Of a stretch of DNA of 45,187 nucleotides, positions 39,878 to 45,187 are shown one piece after another. Numbering within the stretch: position 1 is the first letter of the stretch; the number at the start of each line of letters is the position of its first letter. Below the pieces are notes generated by a model, which saw only the letters and a program-made list of their open reading frames with translations, was not told where the DNA came from and ran no database searches. The stretch spans positions 1 to 45,187 of the forward strand of contig CAZRJL010000002.1 in NCBI GenBank assembly GCA_964600645.1. Reading direction: 5' to 3'. The position numbers were made by a program, and so were the translations under genes. The stretch comes from an uncultured Bdellovibrionales bacterium (GTDB lineage Bacteria; Patescibacteriota; Minisyncoccia; Moranbacterales; UBA9337).

Positions 39878-39907
39878 GTCAGATATATATTCACAAAACA
39901 TTTATTT

Positions 39908-40222
39908 CTACAATAATTCCAATTCACTTTTGAGGCTATCTTTATCTTGCACGCCGACGAATTCTTTTACTACTTTTCCGTCTTTGAAGATTTTGATAGC
40001 GGGAATCGACATAATTCCGTGAGTCTGCGAGGTTTCGGGATTTTCATCCACATTCAATTTTCCCACTTTGAATTTTCCCTCAACTTCTTTCGCCAACTCC
40101 TCAATAATCGGCCCCATCATCTGACACGGTCCGCACCATGGCGCCCAAAAATCCACCAAAGTAATCTTATCACTCTCGACAACTTCCTGCTGGAAGTTTG
40201 CATCTGTAAATTCTACTGCCAT
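39908..40222 (-). CDS. trxA: thioredoxin
   Basis: 104 aa. WAPWCGPCQ. Confidence 0.95.
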   Translation of the reverse strand: MAVEFTDANFQQEVVESDKITLVDFWAPWCGPCQMMGPIIEELAKEVEGKFKVGKLNVDENPETSQTHGIMSIPAIKIFKDGKVVKEFVGVQDKDSLKSELELL

Positions 40223-40340
40223 AAATTTTTGAATTTTATAATTTTTAATTTTTAAACAATTCTTAAGCCCAAATTTTTAAAAATTAAAAACTAAAATTTA
40301 TTTAAAAATTACAAAATTATAAATTAGAAATTAGAAATTA

Positions 40341-41432
40341 TTATAACCAACTTGCTACCAAATACACCCCTATCCCCACCATTATAACTCCGGCGACGCC
40401 ATGAAGCAAGTGTATGTTTTTTGTCCGCCATTGCTCCATTTTTCCTCCACGAAGACCGAAATACATCGCCAAAGTAATCACCACCATCGGCAACACAAAA
40501 ATCAAATTATATAAAGTCAGAAGCGAAACTGTTTTTGCCAATTCAACTCTTTCCGCCAAAAGCCCCAAAACGACAATATATGGACCACTGGTACATGGAA
40601 GCAAGAAAAGGCTCACCAAAAACCCGGCGCCGAGCGCTCCCAGCGGACTGGTTACTCTTTGAAGAATTGATTTCATCCTCGGCCGCCAACTCATCGGCAC
40701 CTCCATCAAAAAAACTTTCCCGTGCCAAAAAGCGTCTTTCAGATTCGCCAATCCGATTACAATCGCCAAAACTCCAACAACAATCGAGATTATCTTGGGC
40801 AAATCAAACGCCGTAATCACCTTATACAGACCCAGTCCCATCAAAAAATACGAAACAAAAACCGCCAGCGAAAAAAACAATCCAGACCAAAGCGCTTTTT
40901 TTCTGCCCTGCGCCCCAATCACTGTCGCTACCAAAATAATCAACACGGCAAAAGCACAAGGATTGATCGCATCCACCAGCGCCGCTCCAACAACCACCGA
41001 CAATGACAAATTATTTTCGCTTATTTTATTTTTCTCACCCGCAAATCCATTGACAAAATCGACAGCCGTCCCTTTCGAATTTTCCGTTTTTTTCTCGAAA
41101 TTTTTGATTATCAGCTCATCACCGGAAAACAATTGATCGTCAATGACAATCGCCGGAATCCCGACATTTTTATATCCTTTGTCGGAAAATATTTTCGCCA
41201 AAAGCGCTTTATTATCCTCCTTATCATAATCAAGCTTGATAATCTCATATTTTTCATAAAATCCTTTCTCCTCAAAATATTCATCCACATTCCGGCAATG
41301 CGCGCACCAAGAAGCATAAAAATACACCGCCTGCTTTTTTTCTCCACTATTATTTTGAGCGAAAGAAAAATTAGGCAATAATAAAACAAGTAAAAAAAAC
41401 GAAGCAAATATTGATTTGTAAAATGATTTCAT
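40341..41432 (-). CDS. fusion of a secreted thioredoxin/glutaredoxin-like domain (CxxC) with a CcdA/DsbD-type transmembrane thiol-disulfide electron transporter
   Basis: 363 aa. Signal sequence, YFYASWCAHCRNV, then 6 TM helices with DAINPCAFAVLI and LLPCTSGPY (the two membrane Cys of CcdA/DsbD). Confidence 0.8.
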   Translation of the reverse strand: MKSFYKSIFASFFLLVLLLPNFSFAQNNSGEKKQAVYFYASWCAHCRNVDEYFEEKGFYEKYEIIKLDYDKEDNKALLAKIFSDKGYKNVGIPAIVIDDQLFSGDELIIKNFEKKTENSKGTAVDFVNGFAGEKNKISENNLSLSVVVGAALVDAINPCAFAVLIILVATVIGAQGRKKALWSGLFFSLAVFVSYFLMGLGLYKVITAFDLPKIISIVVGVLAIVIGLANLKDAFWHGKVFLMEVPMSWRPRMKSILQRVTSPLGALGAGFLVSLFLLPCTSGPYIVVLGLLAERVELAKTVSLLTLYNLIFVLPMVVITLAMYFGLRGGKMEQWRTKNIHLLHGVAGVIMVGIGVYLVASWL

Positions 41433-41442
41433 AATTTACTAT

Positions 41443-41564
41443 AAGTGTCATTCCGGAATTCCGACGTTACGTCGGAGCATCCGGAATCTCGTTTAATATA
41501 ATGATAGATTATTATAGATAGAGATCCCAGATATTTTTCAGAAAAAATTCTGGGATGACAAGTG
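41443..41564. repeat. MITE-like about 120-bp element bounded by inverted GTGTCATTCC / GGATGACAAG ends, with nested hairpins
   Basis: Left end AAGTGTCATTCCGGAAT, right end CTGGGATGACAAGTG. Inside are ATTCCGGA[ATTCCGACGTTACGTCGGAGCA]TCCGGAAT and TCCCAGA-loop-TCTGGGA. Confidence 0.4.
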
Positions 41565-41629
41565 ATGAATTGTTAAAAATTTTTTGGATTTTAAATTGTA
41601 ATTTTGAGATTTGATTTTTTCATTTTGAA

Positions 41630-42328
41630 TTATTTTCCCTTTCTCCTCTCCCTTCTTTGATATTCCTCAATCGCCTCTTCAAATTCGCCTACTCCGAAAT
41701 CCGGAAAGTACTTCTGCGAAAAATACAACTGCGCTTCCGCCGTGTCCCACATCAAAAATCCTGCCGACAAATGCGGTTCGCCGCCGGTGCGAATCATATA
41801 GTCCACTGCCGGCAAATCGCACGTCATCAAATTTTCCTTGATCACCTTGCCGGTTATTTCTTCCGGCGCATATTTCTTTTCGGCAATATTTTTCACTGCC
41901 GCAGTCATATCATCATCCCCACTGTATGCCAGAAAAAAATTCAAATTGTAATTTTTGTGATTTTTGGTTTTTTCAATTCCATTTTCCAGAGTTTTGATCA
42001 ATGAAGCGGGAAAATATTCCCTCCATCTGCCGACAATATTGATCCGCGCCTCATTCTCGCGCACCTCGTCGCTGTCAATCAATTTTGTAAAATATATGTC
42101 ATAAATATCCAAAAGCGCTTTTTTTTCCAAAAGCGGACGCTTTTCCAAGTTTCCCAAAGATGAACCCCAAAAAGAAATATTTTTTATTTTCATTTCCAAT
42201 GCCTTGCGCACCAGCGCCTCGATATTTTTTGCGCCTTCTTCGTGTCCCTCCCAAGGCTTGAGATTTTTCTCTTTCGCCCATCTTCGATTTCCATCCGGAA
42301 TCACTACAATATGATTTGGCATTCCCAT
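41630..42328 (-). CDS. uppS: isoprenyl transferase (undecaprenyl-diphosphate synthase)
   Basis: HIVVIPDGNRRWAKE, SFWGSSLGN, RTGGEPHLSAGFLMW. Confidence 0.95.
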   Translation of the reverse strand: MGMPNHIVVIPDGNRRWAKEKNLKPWEGHEEGAKNIEALVRKALEMKIKNISFWGSSLGNLEKRPLLEKKALLDIYDIYFTKLIDSDEVRENEARINIVGRWREYFPASLIKTLENGIEKTKNHKNYNLNFFLAYSGDDDMTAAVKNIAEKKYAPEEITGKVIKENLMTCDLPAVDYMIRTGGEPHLSAGFLMWDTAEAQLYFSQKYFPDFGVGEFEEAIEEYQRRERRKGK

Positions 42329-42341
42329 AATAAAATTATAT

Positions 42342-42386
42342 AAGTCTTATATGTCTTATGCGTCCTATTTGTCTTATTTGTCTTAT
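42342..42386. repeat. five tandem 9-bp units (consensus TTGTCTTAT) 14 nt upstream of the uppS start
   Basis: aagtcttat atgtcttat gcgtcctat ttgtcttat ttgtcttat. Confidence 0.8.
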
Positions 42387-42531
42387 TCTGCCCTACTCCA
42401 TTTCCTTTCCAGCATAATATAATTTTTCAAAAAAAGAAAGGGAGTCCGGCTATGCCACACAGCAAAACATTGTTTGCCTTATGCAGTCATCAACCGAAGA
42501 CTCCCAACTTGTCATTCCAAAATTCTTATTC

Positions 42532-42557
42532 TGTCATTCCCGCGGAGGCGGGAATCC
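42532..42557. repeat. GTCATTCCCGCG-N-GGCGGGAATCC palindromic repeat unit
   Basis: TGTCATTCCCGCGGAGGCGGGAATCC. A second half-copy, TTGTCATTCC, lies at 42509-42518. Spurious ORFs translate it as VIPAEAGIQ / CHSRGGGNPE. Confidence 0.7.
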
Positions 42558-42564
42558 AGAAGAA

Positions 42565-42825
42565 TTACGAATACTTCCTACTCTGCGGACAAGAACCCGC
42601 CGCCAAGATGGTAACGCACGCAGGAACCCCCTCCTCCGGGCTACAGCCAATAACATCGGCTGCGCCATCAAAATCCCCAGTGAGAGGGTTAATTCTGGCG
42701 CCATCATAGAGAGCTTCCACCAACTTCTGCCCGGCTCCATCAACAAGTGCAGGTTCTCTTAATAGAATATATTCTCTCTGTTTATCCTCATTACTTGGCC
42801 ACAACCACTTTTTACTTTTTGGCAT
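42565..42825 (-). CDS. hypothetical 86-aa protein, 3' end runs into the palindromic repeat
   Basis: Strong SD sequence (AAGGAGGGAATTT-ATG). MPKSKKWLWPSNEDKQREYILLREPALVDGAGQKLVEALYDGARINPL... Higher GC than its surroundings. The C-terminal ~15 aa are probably repeat-derived. Confidence 0.35.
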   Translation of the reverse strand: MPKSKKWLWPSNEDKQREYILLREPALVDGAGQKLVEALYDGARINPLTGDFDGAADVIGCSPEEGVPACVTILAAGSCPQSRKYS

Positions 42826-42955
42826 AAATTCCCTCCTTTAAGGAATAATTTTTAGACGAGAAATTTTTCCCGCCCGCCTTTTTATTTTCCCCACAATATC
42901 ACGCTTATTTAAATTTTTCAATACTTAATCTAAATTTTAATCAAACTTTTTCTGT

Positions 42956-43042
42956 CGGGCCTGCCGGGAATTGAACCCGGGTCACACACCCCATGCGTGC
43001 ATACTACCGTTATATTTATCCGCCTATGGCGAACTACGGCCC
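42956..43042 (-). tRNA. atypical 87-nt tRNA-like gene; the best anticodon-arm candidate gives GGG (Pro), so the isotype is uncertain
   Basis: Minus strand: canonical T arm CCGGG-TTCAATT-CCCGG, acceptor GGGCC/GGCCC, D arm ATAT-AACGGTA-GTAT, anticodon arm CACGC-ATGGGGT-GTGTG. It also has an extra hairpin TTCGCC-ATA-GGCGGA after the acceptor 5' strand and only a 2-nt variable region. No CCA is encoded. Confidence 0.5.
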
Positions 43043-43044
43043 GT

Positions 43045-43075
43045 AAAAAACCTTTCCCCCTTTGGAAAAGGGGGA
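43045..43075 (-). terminator. terminator between the small-ORF pair and the tRNA-like gene
   Basis: Minus strand: TCCCCC-TTTTCCAAA-GGGGGA followed by AAGGTTTTTT. Confidence 0.6.
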
Positions 43076-43215
43076 CCAAGGGGGATTTGAAAAACCATCC
43101 ACACACTAAAAACTCCTCCTAACTCACATATTATTTTCTACCATACCCTGAAAAAAAGAAAAGGGAATGATCGAATTCTCGACCAAACCCCTTTTTTAAA
43201 GAAGAAATACATTTA

Positions 43216-43365
43216 TCATTGTCCGGCAAGTTTAACGCAAACTCTCTTCTTGCCAAATTTTGAGAAAATATCTTTCCCTTGCATTCGCGGGCATTTTCCT
43301 ACCGCCCGCATAACACAACAGGTCTGACAATTCTGTTCAAATTCACATCTTTCTTTACTCGGCAT
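43216..43365 (-). CDS. 49-aa cysteine-rich small protein
   Basis: SD sequence GAGGAGGGAATT-ATG. MPSKERCEFEQNCQTCCVMRAVGKCPRMQGKDIFSKFGKKRVCVKLAGQ (6 Cys). The start overlaps the end of the upstream ORF by 12 nt. Confidence 0.4.
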   Translation of the reverse strand: MPSKERCEFEQNCQTCCVMRAVGKCPRMQGKDIFSKFGKKRVCVKLAGQ

Positions 43366-43375
43366 AATTCCCTCC

Positions 43376-43567
43376 TCAAAAATATGGTTTATCTCCCTTG
43401 AAAATACGCCTCCTCCCTTCAAGTTGCCGATTCAACTCGGCAACACGAACAAGATCTCCGCTCTTTTCAGCATTTTCGATATTAACGATTATCGAAGCTA
43501 TTTCCTCACCCGCAATTTTTATCTTCTTTTCTAATAGCACTGTTTCTTTGGAATAAACAGACTCCAT
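43376..43567 (-). CDS. 63-aa hypothetical helical protein
   Basis: SD sequence GGGAGGAGGAATGT-ATG. MESVYSKETVLLEKKIKIAGEEIASIIVNIENAEKSGDLVRVAELNRQLEGRRRIFKGDKPYF. Confidence 0.5.
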   Translation of the reverse strand: MESVYSKETVLLEKKIKIAGEEIASIIVNIENAEKSGDLVRVAELNRQLEGRRRIFKGDKPYF

Positions 43568-43606
43568 ACATTCCTCCTCCCTTTTTTCTCTTTCATTTTT
43601 TCCGCC

Positions 43607-43638
43607 AAACTTATCACAATACGTATCGTGATAAGTTT
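43607..43638. promoter_or_regulatory. 32-nt near-perfect palindrome (15/16 bp) about 40 nt upstream of the small-ORF pair
   Basis: AAACTTATCACAATAC|GTATCGTGATAAGTTT. It is followed by TTTTCCCTTTTTTAT on the plus strand. Confidence 0.6.
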
Positions 43639-43660
43639 TCCCTTTTTTATAACATTCTTA

Positions 43661-43693
43661 CTACAAAATACTCACGATCGCGAGATTTTGTAG
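43661..43693. promoter_or_regulatory. 33-nt near-perfect palindrome centred on GATC
   Basis: CTACAAAATACTCACGATCGCGAGATTTTGTAG. Confidence 0.6.
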
Positions 43694-43912
43694 TATATAG
43701 ATTGTCAAAAAACTATTAAAAATCCGACCTTTTTCGCCGGAGAATCTTTTTTTCAAAATATTTTTCTGTCTATTATGAATAAATTTTTTCCGACAAAAAA
43801 GTTTCCCCAATAATGAGGACTAGCAAATAGGTTAGCAAACTTTTCATCGATAAATTATTCATACCCATATCCTAATAAAATAAAAAAATATTGTCAAACC
43901 AACTTATCCACA

Positions 43913-43940
43913 ACATAAAAGCCGGCATATTCCAGCCGGC
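43913..43940 (-). terminator. terminator after ndk, abutting a DnaA-box 9-mer (43904-43912)
   Basis: Minus strand: GCCGGC-TGGAATAT-GCCGGC followed by TTTTATGTTGTGGATAAG. Confidence 0.6.
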
Positions 43941-43979
43941 TTTCGCATTTCCTAAAAAAATAATCTCAACTCCTAATTC

Positions 43980-44588
43980 CTATTCAAGTATTCCGTCCAA
44001 ATTCACATCATAAATCATCTGCTCTTGAATCAAACGATAACTGAAAATCTCATTTTCACCAAACCAATGCTTAATTTCCATTTCTGCTTCGTCGGGAGAT
44101 CCGGAAGCATGAAGCAAATTGCGCACTGCACGTCCATCAACATCCGCCATTTGATACGAATCTAAAACATAATCCCCGCGAATCGTTCCCACGTCTGAGG
44201 TCAGAGGTTCAGTCCCTCCGGAAACCTTTCTTCCAATCGCCACCGCATGCGCCCCCTCCCAAATCATTGCGATTACCGGACCGCTAGTTACATATTTCTT
44301 GAGTCCTTCCAAAATTTTGGCAGTAATTTCAAGCGGGTCTTCTGATGGAGGAGTCAATCCTTTATCTTTATATCCTTTAATGGTTTTTTCTCCGGTCACT
44401 CTTCTCCACTGCGGATCCAAAGTATAATGTTGTTCCACTTGTTCCTCTGTTGGAACTACCATCTTCATTCCAATCATCTTCAATCCGATTTGTTCGTAAC
44501 GCTTGATAATTTCCCCGACCAAAGTTCTCTGTAAACCGTCCGGCTTGATAATAATCAATGTCCTTTCTTTCTTCATGTGCTTTTCCAT
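43980..44588 (-). CDS. ndk: nucleoside-diphosphate kinase, long form with internal insertion and C-terminal extension
   Basis: ERTLIIIKPDG, SGPVIAMIWEG, TIRGDY, NLLHASGS (active-site His). Start set at the ATG for MEKHMKKERT (the track ORF starts at a TTG at 44627). Confidence 0.85.
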   Translation of the reverse strand: MEKHMKKERTLIIIKPDGLQRTLVGEIIKRYEQIGLKMIGMKMVVPTEEQVEQHYTLDPQWRRVTGEKTIKGYKDKGLTPPSEDPLEITAKILEGLKKYVTSGPVIAMIWEGAHAVAIGRKVSGGTEPLTSDVGTIRGDYVLDSYQMADVDGRAVRNLLHASGSPDEAEMEIKHWFGENEIFSYRLIQEQMIYDVNLDGILE

Positions 44589-44642
44589 AGTTTTTTTATG
44601 TTTTTTAATTAAAAAAATTAATACCAACTCTTAAAAATAAAA

Positions 44643-44791
44643 GGCAGAAAATAGTAAAAATATTTTTCTTACACTGTCTTTGTGCAATTAAAATAAATTA
44701 TTCCCGCACTAACCAACCGACGGCTGAAAATAAATCTCAAATAAATCCAAAAGAGACACTTGGAAGAAAAATATTTTTACTATTTTCTGCC
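44643..44791. repeat. 28-bp perfect inverted repeat separated by 93 nt
   Basis: GGCAGAAAATAGTAAAAATATTTTTCTT (44643-44670) and AAGAAAAATATTTTTACTATTTTCTGCC (44764-44791). Confidence 0.85.
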
Positions 44792-44876
44792 GTATGACAT
44801 CAAAAATCTTAAAAAATATGCCAAACCAATAATCTCACTTTTCAATCAGCATACCAAATAAAAAAATAAAAATCAA

Positions 44877-45187
44877 CTACCCGAGTAAAAATGCAATTAC
44901 CGGAGTTGCAAAAACTTCAACAAGCGCCGCCAAAAACAACAGCGGAGTTACTATTTTTATAAAAATATCCAAGCAATAATTCAGTTTCGGCTTAAATAAT
45001 TCCTTGTGCCTTATCTTACGCCAAAACTTTTCTCCCAGCCAAACCCCGCACGCCGCACTAAGCAAAAACGCCGGAACCTCAAAAATTCCATGCGGAAAAA
45101 GCGACCAGAAAAGTTTCATTCCGCCCAGATTTGCAACTCCCCCCAATCCTGCCATTGAAACAAAAACCAATATCCCCAAAATTGATC
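44877..45187 (-). CDS. SpoIIM/DUF95-like integral membrane protein, C-terminal part (start lies beyond the window end)
   Basis: HGIFEVPAFLLSAACGVWLG matches the remembered SpoIIM-family motif. The frame is open to the window edge, and the track start is a TTG. Confidence 0.6.
   Translation of the reverse strand, partial: SILGILVFVSMAGLGGVANLGGMKLFWSLFPHGIFEVPAFLLSAACGVWLGEKFWRKIRHKELFKPKLNYCLDIFIKIVTPLLFLAALVEVFATPVIAFLLG

Noticed and set aside
42452-42762. Plus-strand ORFs 42452..42709 and 42481..42762.
   Set aside because: Their most conserved-looking parts (SVIPAEAGIQ, CHSRGGGNPE) are translations of the GTCATTCCCGCG..GGCGGGAATCC palindromic repeat. They also lie antisense to a better-initiated minus-strand ORF.
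42956-43042. A selenocysteine tRNA, suggested by the 6-bp hairpin resembling a tRNA-Sec D arm, the apparent long extra arm and the 87-nt length.
   Set aside because: No UCA anticodon can be placed in any 7-nt loop, and no selA, selB or selD genes are in the window.

Overview
This is a 45.2-kb chromosomal segment from a low-GC, gene-dense bacterium. It holds about 50 protein genes, and all but two (rpmA and a P-loop NTPase) lie on the minus strand. The standard genetic code applies: TGA, TAA and TAG all end conserved genes at the expected places. Several features fit a reduced-genome Patescibacteria/CPR-like organism, but that is inference only. These features are a minimal PheRS, only the anaerobic class III RNR, a 23S-5S operon without 16S, an rRNA expansion, and many membrane-anchored or secreted hypothetical proteins. 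Housekeeping blocks, listed by increasing coordinate: polyprenyl-P sugar transferase; pheS, a pheT stub and tyrS; rpmA; greA; nrdG, split nrdD and nrdR; ftsZ-ftsA; dgkA-ybeY-yqeY; rpsU; HIT; hisS; lepB; rplY; rodA/ftsW; 5S-23S; mltG; pcm; yjbQ; malic enzyme; trxB; trxA-ccdA fusion; uppS; ndk. RNA genes: RNase P RNA, 5S, 23S and one atypical tRNA-like gene. Four parts look accessory: (1) the left end, with a TM protein, dinD and a Clp-fold protease whose 3' end is duplicated; (2) a secreted-protein cluster at 14.4-17.3 kb; (3) a P-loop NTPase plus APH-like kinase cassette splitting the thioredoxin genes; (4) a small-ORF, palindrome and repeat region at 41.4-43.9 kb next to the tRNA-like gene. 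I saw no CRISPR array, transposase, integrase or recognisable named defence system. The observations most worth follow-up are a mitochondrial-type minimal PheRS, an in-frame split NrdD with a stand-alone glycyl-radical protein, an oversized RNase P RNA built from repeated CTCCGAC hairpins, a 23S H79 expansion, the odd tRNA-like gene, and several repeat or palindrome elements. All homology calls come from reading the translated ORFs against remembered family motifs. No searches were run. RNA ends and regulatory sites are accurate to about +/-10 nt.
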